Shown here: piece by piece, positions 49,301 through 58,071 of the stretch
How positions within the stretch are numbered: position 1 is the stretch's first letter
Layout: every line of letters begins with the position of its first letter
Source: a virus
Reading direction: 5' to 3' (one strand)
DNA: 64,000 bases
Virus record (IMG/VR): IMGVR_UViG_3300047666_000603
Coordinates: 1-64,000 of that record
The notes under the pieces: model-generated
Told to the model about the DNA's origin: nothing
Seen by the model: the letters and a program-made list of their open reading frames with translations, nothing else
Database searches by the model: none
Program-made: the position numbers and the translations under genes

Positions 49301-49699
49301 AAAGAGCTAAAAGACATTGCAACGGGTTATTTCTTAGACGATAAAAAGACGCAAGACGAGAAGCGTGGGAAGGTGAGGGAAGTGATAGATAAAGTAGACC
49401 CCGAAGACAAGAAAAGCTACGTAAACAGGTTTAAAGCATACGTGAAAGGTGACGGGCTACCTTACGATTATTTTAATATTTCATTTGAGGAAGACGCGGA
49501 AATACAAGCGAGGCTATTTAGAATTAAATTCGGGCCGTATTCACGACTAAACGCAGAAGACAAGAAAGAAATATTTGGGAACCTAAGCAAGGCAGGAATG
49601 AGTAGCCCTAAGAAAATGGTAATAAAACTCAAGAGACTAGAGCTAGAGGAGCCTGTAAAAGAGAATAGAACGTTAATTCAGAAAATGACAGGCCAATAA
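43370..49699 (+). CDS. giant ejection / large polyvalent protein with LPD38-like C-terminal domain
   Basis: 2109 aa; Gly/Ala hydrophobic hairpin, E/K/Q-rich linker, IDFNQGG...LYN...WENVPDWEKLRYFIF. Confidence 0.65.
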   Translation: MEDELDVVLKDYVTTANSGKYDSWEAINEKFPELKDYDQQALKDYVSTANSGEYNSWEEINTKFPEIFESQGGADVGKPQGEMDSTQLSEESVSDGGGLTETVGASESQEPPKQKKDKYLTGVLGDMVDSMDSPMSSVGWLGMGDFIDDMARAVGSGLAQGDKSSAAKKLAENTDEETIDRFIAASETVNSIEPSDEMKNYQRIYEEEGSGFYGVIKGLAKNPSVVSEIMVSSLVAMGSNPESVEAFVEGVGTGTAGGAVVGSVVPGLGTAAGAAVGFTGSIPIAIGAATATLEYGATFAELLEEEIGADITKESVKSVLQDKDALNRMKRKAVIRGVTIGVIDALTGKLAGSVGVKIATKGTRAARVGGAATATVIEGVGGSTGEATARAAIGQEMDVSDIALEGIAEFPMAIPNLAAETARQKITVKDAAKAISPKAKYTVADEEVSRAEFMELIKGATPEEIAQMPLQVDNDLELEQQLNETFNKARITTDTKQAYPNLSESDVDKVVGLQREIDALEDNKTEAGKTKKSELRGQVKEIIAPKETQEGESRSDPKVDRLNELDEKAKSKVSQKGLIGKLEDFVLGKEERGLTEQERTEKGQLKGEVRQSAYESNPDEYNSRMDDLNRIDDDLNSNEEFINTRKRADELQYKGNEGKLSRREDKEYDAIIDKLGKFYAPHDKASAEFDAWVNETANKNAKTTKEEFKAGDTVELEVTPQKEQTNEKQQEEGGVQPQEEAKQANEEDGRQEEITTQADGKEKTEPLLEGMGDDRNQEKGGQDGSQLRPQETEVAPAKQVETLRAKEQAELLKAIPNIEEARVDGEVDRAKLSEADRKTFDKIYDKYDKLISPLLEESAPKKQKTEQEEIDNLPVVEDVPDGAVVEGEIEMKEAVVEEAATKETEIAEPTTKSIPTLKEGNEATVPLTENVEAKIKVKELPDGELAYSITIERDGQVIEDKDGNTEMEFLTKEEAATHITKKQKGFKLAKQPKTTKPVTVEQVKDTYIEGDEVEFSVFGGTEKGTILPNGRVKSKSGTNYRIGSGIGQATINENLDSAFQKGARQAIKFLDDVDKKLAKQSRETLGMNLPIAIAQSAVKVAKAAIKAGATVANAIEKAIQTVRDSDWYKNLSTKEQTQAEEDVKKLFNAPPKSVPTKAEAKKIVDGAVQQSEEALRSPTVNPLNKKGRQNIVNKLRSWFTDRQGTVKQFIRRMNLPNAEAFLINAKGASGYASKLYEGFHKSIYGGLKSDLAETLDRIIFLRRVVQIDDSRDAAGELRVKHPNNINREIAIVELENLKEELGDEKYNSLLERSDAYFDSFREVLKMSYKEGLIDEETYNKFKDNNYQPRKFIKYIFDPNVGESQKNAALQRLARENGVRQEVIKSLADGSTEEIFLDSRFLLQASINSLTKRIAQNKANRKLIDDYNKLSEEEKAEAPEMRQRKPIAKTKQGNLVYPQNPDGYSVVYYYEGGQQKSFFLQDDLYEQWYDFSSSMNSDWEKVISTISGSRLLKAMATGLNPLFIAANIPRDFGHILLFTDAYDSAKVLGVPILPINALKLARDGAKDFFGLIAGNKATTDLLSQAAEDGMLMDFLSIQGKPKGGKVARSVGGARKILRGAADMAAYLGEKSEIAFRLSVYRRQIKELSKEFKKENGSDPQGVDLENIRGRAAAKARSIIDFNQGGTVTKSAEAALPYISAATQGARVAADYMTNPKSIKDFMTKSAQAAGFVAGITLYNLSYGEEDWENVPDWEKLRYFIFLLPWKDKDGNREYLRLAKTQQAIPLFNIVEHTTESLIRESRGTDTEASYQMREDRMVESLKEFMPVNPSDVASRNPLISSAASYITNYDLYKDRPVTRDFNKVLPYYEGANDPRIEEFYKAIGRETGMSPARGKAAIEKIITSPTTNPLVGLAYAAGESIVADKDAEKQLQKFAKKTFEGVSRKFYRSTYPEWKSFKEKEIVEFYKLENATEKRRINKELKDIATGYFLDDKKTQDEKRGKVREVIDKVDPEDKKSYVNRFKAYVKGDGLPYDYFNISFEEDAEIQARLFRIKFGPYSRLNAEDKKEIFGNLSKAGMSSPKKMVIKLKRLELEEPVKENRTLIQKMTGQ

Positions 49700-50070
49700 T
49701 GACTAAAAAATGGCTCCGAATCACCCGTAAAGTAGCAATAAGAGATCAAGAACTCAAAGAGAACCCTTGGGGTAGTAAGATATTCTTTGAGGAGCTACGT
49801 AGAGGAGCTGTAACAGATAGGAGTGAAGTGTATATATACCAAAGAGAGCAGAGAGCAGACGGAGCCTTATACACCCCAAGACGTGTAACAGTGAATGAAT
49901 TGCTTAGTGCTGACCTAGCCGTATTAGATGAGGGCGATAGTTTCAGCAGCTACCTCTCCACACAAGTGTTTAATGAGGGTGATAGTGCTGAGACATATAC
50001 AGCAGAAGAAACATACGAAGAAGGGAATAGTGCTACAGTTTATTCTTTACAGAGCAGCTTTTCTATTTAA
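49699..50070 (+). CDS. hypothetical virion protein
   Basis: C-terminal triple repeat DEGDS/NEGDS/EEGNS. Confidence 0.5.
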   Translation: MTKKWLRITRKVAIRDQELKENPWGSKIFFEELRRGAVTDRSEVYIYQREQRADGALYTPRRVTVNELLSADLAVLDEGDSFSSYLSTQVFNEGDSAETYTAEETYEEGNSATVYSLQSSFSI

Positions 50071-50088
50071 GAAATGTTCACCCTTAGA

Positions 50089-50124
50089 CAATAACATAAC
50101 AACCTACTAAGCTATTTATCTTTA
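50089..50124 (+). promoter_or_regulatory. putative late promoter CAATAAC-N21-TATCTTTA
   Basis: upstream of tail fibre. Confidence 0.65.
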
Positions 50125-50143
50125 CACCTAAATTAAGGGGTAA

Positions 50144-52165
50144 ATGGCACAAATATTCGCTTTAAAGCGTCGCGGTGACACGGCTGCAAATTGGACATCT
50201 AACGCGACAGTTTTACTCGAACGTCAACTTGGATTTCAAACAGACGGGGGTGAAGGCTCTCGACCCTTAATGAAATTTGGTGATGGTGCAACAGCGTGGG
50301 GAAGTCTCCCGTTCATAGCGCGAAAGAACAACCTCACCGCCACGACAAGCCCCACAGTAAGCAACGACAACACCCAATATTATGAGGTGGGTTCGCTTTG
50401 GTCAAATGTAAACGCCCCTGCAAGCCCATTAGTATACATTCTCACAAGCGCAACTACGGGAGCGGCTAATTGGCAGCAAATAAACGCGGGTGGAGGAGGA
50501 GGAAGCGCAGCATGGGGGTCAATAACAGGAACACTCTCCGCGCAAACAGACCTACAAGCAGCCCTAGACGCTAAAGTGGCTACAACAGGGAATGAAACAA
50601 TAGCGGGGGTGAAAACCTTCTCGTCATTTCCTGTAACGCCAAGTTCGGCCCCCACAACAGACTACCAAGCGGCAAATAAGAAATATGTAGATGACAGTCC
50701 TAGTACCGCTGCAAACACTAGTTTAGTAGATACTGACTTAGTTGTAGCTCCCTTCACAAATGTTCAAGACTTTGCAGATGGTATTGATTCGGCTGTACTA
50801 AAGGCAAGAGGTACAGGTGTATCTAGTAGCTATGTATCTACCGTCGCAGTGGGGGGAACTACCTTTGCACAGCCAGCAGTCTCAGGAGAGATAAACAGCG
50901 ATGAAGGCTATTTTTCTATTAGCTACGCGGGGGCAACAGGTATAACGGTTACGACGTTATCAGTAGATTCTACTTATATATACATAGATAACACGGGAGC
51001 TTTACAGCAACAAGTTACAGAACCAACTAGACAAGATTGGTCGCGCAAAATGTTCACAATGCGTATTGCGGTCGATGCAGTTGCTGAAACGATTATTGGC
51101 TTTGAGTATCTGAATAATCCGATTGGTCATTACTCGAATAGTATTAGAGATTTATATACAGCTCTTCTTGCTCAGGGTGTACCGTTTAAAGTTGGTCAAA
51201 CTATTACAGGTCGCGCAACTGATTTAGGCTTTAACGCTTCGGCGGGAACTATCATGGAGTTTGGAGGGACGGGCGATATTAACAACGCTAACCTTTTGGA
51301 CATTGACGAGGTGACTAACGCCACTTACGACTTACTCACAAGGACAACAATTGCGTTTGAAAACCTAACAGACCTTGTAAAGTTCTGGGATAACGCGGGA
51401 ACTATTACAGCACTAGGTTCAACAACAGTAGTAGGTCATAGGTTGTACCGTTTCAGTAACGGTCAGTTTGCCATGCAATACGGACAAGGGAACTACGCTA
51501 ACATTTCTTTGGCTCGTGCGGGTGTACTGCTAGAGGATTACGTTCTTAACCCTCGATTAGTTAACGCTACTTTTTTTGGTTGGTGGTTGATCCAAGAAAC
51601 GGCAACGAATACAGGCGGGACAACTTTAACAGATTTTAGGGAGTACAATATTGGTGTGCAAGGTGGTAGTTCTAGCGTATTAGCTGGATGTTTGCTACAA
51701 GGTAACAACCTTTCCGACTTGCTTGACGCTGATGCAGCGATAGTCAACCTCGGAATAACAGCAACAGCAGCAGAAATTGACCTTGTAATTGGTGGTACAA
51801 GCGCGTTTCAAGCTCAGATTGATGCTTTATCAATACCCGACGAAGAAGATATTAGAGGGACGGCTCTGTACAGTGCCAGCGTTTCAGGAACAGTAACGCT
51901 CAACCTAACCACCTTCACGGCCTTTTACGCTATTCTAACAGGTAACACAACTTTAGCAGTAAACAACACGCCCGCAAGTGGTAAAACATTCACTAGATCG
52001 CTTAAAATAGTATCCACGGCAACAGAATCATTGACACTACCCGCCGCATGGAATGTCATAGGAACTTATGCAGCAGACACAACCGTAAACGATTTGCAAA
52101 TTGAGTTCACCAACTTCCCGACAGTGGGTCTAGTCGTAACTGTTTACATCAATCAATTACCATGA
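50144..52165 (+). CDS. tail fibre protein
   Basis: Mtd-N-like start RRGDTAANWTSN..L...GFQTD; WGSITGTLSAQTDLQAALDAK; AANKKYVD. Confidence 0.8.
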   Translation: MAQIFALKRRGDTAANWTSNATVLLERQLGFQTDGGEGSRPLMKFGDGATAWGSLPFIARKNNLTATTSPTVSNDNTQYYEVGSLWSNVNAPASPLVYILTSATTGAANWQQINAGGGGGSAAWGSITGTLSAQTDLQAALDAKVATTGNETIAGVKTFSSFPVTPSSAPTTDYQAANKKYVDDSPSTAANTSLVDTDLVVAPFTNVQDFADGIDSAVLKARGTGVSSSYVSTVAVGGTTFAQPAVSGEINSDEGYFSISYAGATGITVTTLSVDSTYIYIDNTGALQQQVTEPTRQDWSRKMFTMRIAVDAVAETIIGFEYLNNPIGHYSNSIRDLYTALLAQGVPFKVGQTITGRATDLGFNASAGTIMEFGGTGDINNANLLDIDEVTNATYDLLTRTTIAFENLTDLVKFWDNAGTITALGSTTVVGHRLYRFSNGQFAMQYGQGNYANISLARAGVLLEDYVLNPRLVNATFFGWWLIQETATNTGGTTLTDFREYNIGVQGGSSSVLAGCLLQGNNLSDLLDADAAIVNLGITATAAEIDLVIGGTSAFQAQIDALSIPDEEDIRGTALYSASVSGTVTLNLTTFTAFYAILTGNTTLAVNNTPASGKTFTRSLKIVSTATESLTLPAAWNVIGTYAADTTVNDLQIEFTNFPTVGLVVTVYINQLP

Positions 52166-52737
52166 TAGCTATAACGATAACGCAACGAGATAAGTCTTTA
52201 AACGACTTGAGCAACAAGATAGGCTCTGTACTAACCAAAGGAGAACACCCTAACGTATGGTGGGGCGAAGAGCGTGTAGTAGGTGGCTATAAAAATAGAG
52301 AAGACTTACATGAGCTGGATGGGTGGTATAACGTTGTTCAGCCTGTAATAGGTGAGAATCAAAAGCGCGGTGCAATCTACTTCGATGCTGACAATGATGT
52401 TTTCACATACACAAAAATTGAACTCACAGAGCAGGAGATAGACCAACGTTTAGAAATATCAATGCCGCGCCGAGACTTCAAAGTAGCTTTACTTAAAAAT
52501 CACGAAATCACAAATACAGATGTAGATAATCTTTTTTCTATATTAATTGAAAGTGATTCTGAAATGCTTTTAGCCGTTGAGGAGATGAAAATAATGTGGT
52601 ATGAAAGCGAAGTGTTTACCAATACAACACCTGAGTTATTTCAATTCGCGGGAATGATGACCAGCGTTGCGGGTATTGAACTTTCAGAGCAAGACTTGAA
52701 ACAGATATTTATTGACCATCAAAATGCAGATGTGTAA
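52162..52737 (+). CDS. tail fibre-associated protein
   Basis: overlaps fibre stop; GWYNVVQP...YFD. Confidence 0.5.
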   Translation: MIAITITQRDKSLNDLSNKIGSVLTKGEHPNVWWGEERVVGGYKNREDLHELDGWYNVVQPVIGENQKRGAIYFDADNDVFTYTKIELTEQEIDQRLEISMPRRDFKVALLKNHEITNTDVDNLFSILIESDSEMLLAVEEMKIMWYESEVFTNTTPELFQFAGMMTSVAGIELSEQDLKQIFIDHQNADV

Positions 52738-53513
52738 TGAATAGAAGGATGTTAGGAAAAGGCGGTAAATGTATTACTCCATCATACTCATTTTGGACAC
52801 CGGTAAACATGGTGTCAGGCTTAGAGTATTGGTTTGATTCGGCAAACACTTGTGAAATGTCAATTGAATCTGATAATCAAAGTGTTAATACTTGGAACGA
52901 CCAAAGCGGAAACGCTAGAAATGTTACCGCTTTCTCATCGTCAGCATACCCCAAGGCAAATACCGACTCTTTAAATGGTTATAATGTTATAGATTTCACA
53001 CCAAGCGGAACTGTTGCGGCAGCATTTGTAGCAAATAACAGTGTTACAATAACTCAGTCAGATACTATTGTTGTATTTGCCGCATCGACTGGAACACAAG
53101 GCGCGTATGTAGACTCATATAGTACGCCGCAACACGTGTTTTATAATAGAGGGGAAAGATTAGCCGCTGGCGCTCTTTTAAACGCAGGAACATTAAGCGG
53201 GTTATATAGGATTCAGGGAGTAGAATTAAATGGGGTATCTTCAAAAATATATTCAGACGCTGTTCAAGTTGCTTCTGGAAACACTGGCACAAATTCTTTG
53301 AATGGAATAACAATAGGCAGGTATAGAACAAGTGTTGGAGCATCGGTAGCGGCTGTTTTGACTGGGCAAATAGGAGATGTTATTGTTTTTTCAGGGGTAG
53401 ACACATCAAAACGACAATTTTGTGAAGGATACTTATCTTGGAAGTGGGCGGGTGATGGGAGTTACCTACCAATAGGGCATCCGTATAAATCAACAGCACC
53501 ATCAATACCATAA
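52737..53513 (+). CDS. LamG/ConA-like tail protein
   Basis: WFDS...WNDQSGNARN...GQIGDVIVF...EGYLSWKW..LPIGHPYK. Confidence 0.7.
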   Translation: MNRRMLGKGGKCITPSYSFWTPVNMVSGLEYWFDSANTCEMSIESDNQSVNTWNDQSGNARNVTAFSSSAYPKANTDSLNGYNVIDFTPSGTVAAAFVANNSVTITQSDTIVVFAASTGTQGAYVDSYSTPQHVFYNRGERLAAGALLNAGTLSGLYRIQGVELNGVSSKIYSDAVQVASGNTGTNSLNGITIGRYRTSVGASVAAVLTGQIGDVIVFSGVDTSKRQFCEGYLSWKWAGDGSYLPIGHPYKSTAPSIP

Positions 53514-53528
53514 AACAAACCTAAAAAA

Positions 53529-54626
53529 ATGATACTAAATACAAGAATATTTGAATTTGACAGCAGGGTCTTGGTCAACCTCCCTGAGCAAGTGACACAC
53601 TTTCGAGGCTTTTCCGTTGACTTTTCAGCAACTAAAGTAGATGGCTTGTACCAATACACCGCAGACACAAAGCCTGAGGTATTCAACGATTGGCTAACCT
53701 ATTGCATAACCAACGACCTCTCCGTTGTGTGGACGCTCAATATGTCAAGCTTTACCATCGAAAAAGAAATAGATTTTGTCACTCAATTAATTAGCCAAGG
53801 ACTAAAGATTACTCACTTTCAAATGGGTGGTGAGTTCTGGCTTGGTAAGTATTACTTAGGTGATACAAATCAGAAGGGTGTAGTGGAGCAAGTGAGAATA
53901 GCAGACTACCTATTAATGATGGATGACTGGATTCCTTCTTTACGCTTGCATTTCCCTGATGTACAACTAATGATTCTTGGTTGTTCACACCAAAATGGAG
54001 ACAACCAAACAGAGAAGTACAGAAAGCAATGGAACGATGCCGTAATTGAATACAAGGAAGCGAACGACGCGAATGATACAATGGGCTTCACCGTTCATTA
54101 TTACGCAGGGGCCAAACCTGACTTGCAGCCATCAAACGGAGAAGAGGCAATATTTCAGAACATTGACTGGTCTCCTTTTATTTCTCAATTAAGAGAGCCA
54201 TTTCCCGACGTAGATATAATTATTACTGAAAGCGGATGGTATGCATCAGACAAGAGCCAAGAACAGCTTGATAAAATGGTGGAATTTTACGAGTCAGGAG
54301 TAGAGGCAATCGGAGAGAACGGAATCATGGGCCTTCACGTTCTGAACCAACAAAAAGAAAGCTATCACAACTGGTTTGACAGAGATGGAATTACAGATGT
54401 CGGTGATAATTTCCTTGATTATTTCGATTTACAGATTGAAGAAGAGGAAGAAGTTGTTTTAGTAGGTGTTATTCCCAATAAAAAGGGGCAATGGGTCATG
54501 TGGGGAAGGCAGACGTTGATATTTTCAAATGAGCAACGATTTAAAGTGCGTGTTCGATTTGAAACTTGGCCTTTTAGCTCCGACGATTATGGCAAAACAA
54601 TTAACGAATTAAAGGAAATCAGATAA
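53529..54626 (+). CDS. glycoside hydrolase-like TIM-barrel protein
   Basis: WTLN, FQMGGEFW, TVHYY, IIITESG: clan GH-A-like pattern. Confidence 0.55.
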   Translation: MILNTRIFEFDSRVLVNLPEQVTHFRGFSVDFSATKVDGLYQYTADTKPEVFNDWLTYCITNDLSVVWTLNMSSFTIEKEIDFVTQLISQGLKITHFQMGGEFWLGKYYLGDTNQKGVVEQVRIADYLLMMDDWIPSLRLHFPDVQLMILGCSHQNGDNQTEKYRKQWNDAVIEYKEANDANDTMGFTVHYYAGAKPDLQPSNGEEAIFQNIDWSPFISQLREPFPDVDIIITESGWYASDKSQEQLDKMVEFYESGVEAIGENGIMGLHVLNQQKESYHNWFDRDGITDVGDNFLDYFDLQIEEEEEVVLVGVIPNKKGQWVMWGRQTLIFSNEQRFKVRVRFETWPFSSDDYGKTINELKEIR

Positions 54627-54629
54627 CAA

Positions 54630-54923
54630 ATGTTATACGGTATTGGTATACATTGGCTTGAAAATTTAAACATGGACGTAACAGGTGGAGACGTGCTTCA
54701 ATTAGCTATAATACTCGTGTCAATCGGGGTTGTATACGGGGTAACTAAAACAAGACAGGACGCTCAAGAAAAGCGCATGGACACGCTAGAGGCTATGATA
54801 AACACACAAATACAGGTGGATAATTCCATTAAAGATGTGCTAACGAAGTTAGAAGTAGGGCAAGCTGCAATGACGGTGGAGATAAAAAACCTAATTCATA
54901 GACTTAACGCACATGGGAAGTAA
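54630..54923 (+). CDS. holin-like protein (1 TM + coiled coil)
   Basis: hydrophobic segment; lysis region. Confidence 0.45.
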   Translation: MLYGIGIHWLENLNMDVTGGDVLQLAIILVSIGVVYGVTKTRQDAQEKRMDTLEAMINTQIQVDNSIKDVLTKLEVGQAAMTVEIKNLIHRLNAHGK

Positions 54924-55338
54924 ATGTCTTTTTTTCTTCTTCCTCGCGACAAATGTAGCGACAGCACAAAACACCTTCAAGGCAAACACATACACCTATG
55001 AGAAATACGAAGGTAGCTTAAATGTAAAGCTCATATTCAACGAGACGGTGAGTGTATGGAGTGTGATAGACAGCATCCACTACCTACCCCTAGTGACTGA
55101 CAGTGTTTTAATATTGGAGTTTGTAGGAAGCGGAAACTATCACAGAGATGGATATTGCGAAATACAAGCAACATTACAAGGAGAGAGGTTTTACGTATGT
55201 AAAGATAGGGTGTGTTTTTTGCTCACCATCTCCCCGCCACTCTTTAAAAACAAGAAAACAACTCTGAAATACCTCTACAAAAACTGTGTAGTGACGTGGG
55301 ATGAGGGCAATGACGAAGCAAGAATAGAATGGGAATGA
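54913..55338 (+). CDS. secreted protein
   Basis: signal peptide ending ATA-Q. Confidence 0.45.
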   Translation: MGSKCLFFFFLATNVATAQNTFKANTYTYEKYEGSLNVKLIFNETVSVWSVIDSIHYLPLVTDSVLILEFVGSGNYHRDGYCEIQATLQGERFYVCKDRVCFLLTISPPLFKNKKTTLKYLYKNCVVTWDEGNDEARIEWE

Positions 55339-55661
55339 AAACACCTAAAATAGATTTTACAGGCATGGCGCGTAGCCGCTTAAAGGTTACGTTTATATTT
55401 GGAGGGTTTGGAATGGTCGGTGTTTTCTTTACAATGTTTATGATATGGAAAGCGTCAGAGGTAGGGCAGTACGATGTTGTGGCCGCATGGAGTTCGTTAG
55501 GCTCAATATATGTAGCAACTTTAGCGGTGAGTGGCTACTACCTTTCAAGAGAGACGCAACGCCCCTCACTGCTCTCTAATACATTTGTAGGAATGGGTGA
55601 TGTAGAGAAAAGAATATTAGATGGTGAAGACGAGTCAGACCCCGAATCAATTCCTTTGTAA
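55329..55661 (+). CDS. holin-like protein (2 TM)
   Basis: two TM segments directly before endolysin. Confidence 0.55.
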   Translation: MGMKTPKIDFTGMARSRLKVTFIFGGFGMVGVFFTMFMIWKASEVGQYDVVAAWSSLGSIYVATLAVSGYYLSRETQRPSLLSNTFVGMGDVEKRILDGEDESDPESIPL

Positions 55662-56182
55662 TGGCTAGAAATTTCGGCAGACCTATACAGCAAATAATAT
55701 TACACACCACAGCTACAAGCCAAAGCGCGACAGTGGAGTCAATAAAAACATTTTGGGCTACACCTAAACGGAATAAGGTGACGGGTGAAAAGGAGCCATA
55801 CATACCTAATTTGCAGGGTGGATGCGGATGGTCTACACCAATCGGATACCATTATATTATAGGGGTGAATGGTGAGCGACATATATTAGCTCATTTATCA
55901 CAAGTGGTAAATGGTGTTCGCGGCTACAATTGGAACTCATGCCACATCAGCTACATTGGCGGCAGAAATGGTGACGATAGAACTCCCGCGCAAAAAGCAG
56001 AAACAAAAAAACTCATACAAGAACTACGTAGTGATAAAATACTTGGGCCTATACCCGTTATTGGTCACAGAGACACGTATGGGGATGCAAACAGGGATGG
56101 TGTGATAGATAGCAGGGATTGGAAAAAAACTTGCCCTAGCTTCTCTGTGTCTGATTGGCTTGTAGAGGATGGTGTTATTTAA
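55661..56182 (+). CDS. endolysin, N-acetylmuramoyl-L-alanine amidase (T7 lysozyme-like)
   Basis: IILHTTA, IGYHYII, GVRGYN, ISYIGG, GHRD, KTCPSF. Confidence 0.9.
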   Translation: MARNFGRPIQQIILHTTATSQSATVESIKTFWATPKRNKVTGEKEPYIPNLQGGCGWSTPIGYHYIIGVNGERHILAHLSQVVNGVRGYNWNSCHISYIGGRNGDDRTPAQKAETKKLIQELRSDKILGPIPVIGHRDTYGDANRDGVIDSRDWKKTCPSFSVSDWLVEDGVI

Positions 56183-56449
56183 GATGTTAAGCTTTTAGCA
56201 AACCTTTTGGTTGACATTCTTTTTACATTTCCCACATCATCTTCACAAACAAAAACCTCTCCCTTATAGTATTCTCTATACCAATTCGACTCAGGCTCCC
56301 GCTGTAAAAACATACCCCAATAAGCACATCCAAAAGTAAACGAGTTTGTTGGGTCTAGGCAGTAAAGCATAACTTTCTTCTTGAATGGGGTTCTCAATAT
56401 TCCTGTAGTAATATATTTCATACACAAATATAACCATTCCTTTTGTAAT

Positions 56450-56483
56450 AAAAAAGCCCCACGTTAATTAAAACGCAGGGCTT
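56450..56483 (-). terminator. intrinsic terminator
   Basis: minus strand AAGCCCTGCG...CGTGGGGCTT + T run. Confidence 0.7.
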
Positions 56484-56504
56484 ATACAAACATAAACTAA
56501 AACA

Positions 56505-57713
56505 TTATTCCTTCACTCTAAGGCTTTCCACGTTTACCCCGAACTTATCTGCTATTTCTTGAAGCGTAAGCTCAACCACCTTCTCTTCTTTAGCGGGGAG
56601 AATGGATGCCCATTTACCCATATAGAATACAGTGCCTTGACTTTCATTTAAGAAAAACCCACTATCACGATTTAATAAAGGTGTTCCTTCCTTGTGCGTA
56701 AAGGAACAGCCTCCCGCCACAGATATATATTTCACCCCTTCCTCAAACCCTCTTCGTTTTGCTTCTGCTATTAATGCGGAGGTGATTTCTTCTTTGGTGC
56801 ATTTTCTGTAATTACCATCTACTTCCCACCCTAAGTCATTGTTATGCCATTCTCCACATCCATCAAATCCATATCCTTTAATATATCCATCCCCATCTCT
56901 TTCACCATTAAAATTAACCATTCCAGCACCACAGCCATCCGTATACCACTCACCATTCACCAACTCAGGCTTTTTCTCTTCCACTATTTCAGCCCATTTG
57001 CCGTCTTCATATATTCTAACTCCTGAAAATCTACAGTCCTCCTCAGTTGCGCAAAGATAACTCACATCACCGTTATTAAAGAAGTCACCCGTAATTTCAG
57101 ATATTTCACCATCTAAACCTGTAGCTACAACACCCTTAACAAACCCTCTCTTCTTAGCTTCTTTTATCAAAACTTCTGTCACTTCTTGTTCGCTTGCGGG
57201 AACTAACTTAGGAACCCAATAATCATTAGCCATGCAGTAAATTGAATTATCACTTGAGTAATCCACCCAATCGCCATCTCTACCAATACCGTACCCAAGG
57301 GCTGAACCGTTCTTAGTTATTTCTGTAAGGCAAAATATCTGACACCCACTAGTGGTTGTATATTTATACCACTTTCCCACCTCTAATTCAGGCTTCTCAA
57401 ACAACTCAGGAGCTTCTTTCTCTATTCTTTCTTTCCAAGATTGACAGGCAGCCTTATGCCCATCTAACAGGAATTGCTTTTTCACTTTTACTGTATCTTT
57501 CATTTTCTTTTTTGGTTTGTATTCTTTGATTAGGTCGGCACCAGATTGACGTTCATAAGCAAAATAATTTCCATCTGAAGTGTAAACCTCATTATTCATG
57601 GAATCTATAAATTTGTACTCTGATAGGGTGCAAGAATCAACGCGTCTACCCTTCATTTCACCCGTAATATTCCCATCACGTCTTACATACCTTTTACCTT
57701 CTTCTATTTTCAT
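56505..57713 (-). CDS. hypothetical protein with tandem duplicated domain
   Basis: PELEVGKWY...LIKEAKKRGF and PELVNGEWY...LIAEAKRRGF. Confidence 0.65.
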   Translation of the reverse strand: MKIEEGKRYVRRDGNITGEMKGRRVDSCTLSEYKFIDSMNNEVYTSDGNYFAYERQSGADLIKEYKPKKKMKDTVKVKKQFLLDGHKAACQSWKERIEKEAPELFEKPELEVGKWYKYTTTSGCQIFCLTEITKNGSALGYGIGRDGDWVDYSSDNSIYCMANDYWVPKLVPASEQEVTEVLIKEAKKRGFVKGVVATGLDGEISEITGDFFNNGDVSYLCATEEDCRFSGVRIYEDGKWAEIVEEKKPELVNGEWYTDGCGAGMVNFNGERDGDGYIKGYGFDGCGEWHNNDLGWEVDGNYRKCTKEEITSALIAEAKRRGFEEGVKYISVAGGCSFTHKEGTPLLNRDSGFFLNESQGTVFYMGKWASILPAKEEKVVELTLQEIADKFGVNVESLRVKE

Positions 57714-57790
57714 TTGTTTTGATTTATTTTGTTTGTCTTGATAACGGTGCATCCAATACCATTCTGTTACACTCATTACAATATGTGTTT

Positions 57791-58018
57791 TTATTTTGTC
57801 CAACTAGATTTGTTTTCAAGCATTCTTAGAACGGCGGGGAATAGGTGTTGTAATTGATTTACACTCACGCCGTTCTTTTCAGCTAAATCAGCCATGCAAT
57901 TAGCTAAAGTAGCCTCAGATTCCTCGCCATCTTCAAATAACCAGTTCTTCACGTATTTATGAGCGGGGTATATTTCCCTCACTCCTTTGTTATACTTAAA
58001 TTTCAATACATCTTCCAT
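57791..58018 (-). CDS. hypothetical protein
   Basis: ATG ORF upstream of repeat protein. Confidence 0.5.
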   Translation of the reverse strand: MEDVLKFKYNKGVREIYPAHKYVKNWLFEDGEESEATLANCMADLAEKNGVSVNQLQHLFPAVLRMLENKSSWTK

Positions 58019-58020
58019 TA

Positions 58021-58056
58021 CAATAACGTTTAATTTGTTTGTGAGCCGTAAATTTA
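58021..58056 (+). promoter_or_regulatory. putative late promoter CAATAAC-N21-TAAATTTA
   Basis: upstream of spanin-like pair. Confidence 0.65.
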
Positions 58057-58071
58057 CGAAATACATTTGTA

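Noticed and set aside
50144-52165. Diversity-generating retroelement
   Set aside because: Only an Mtd-like N-terminus is present; no reverse transcriptase or TR/VR pair was seen.
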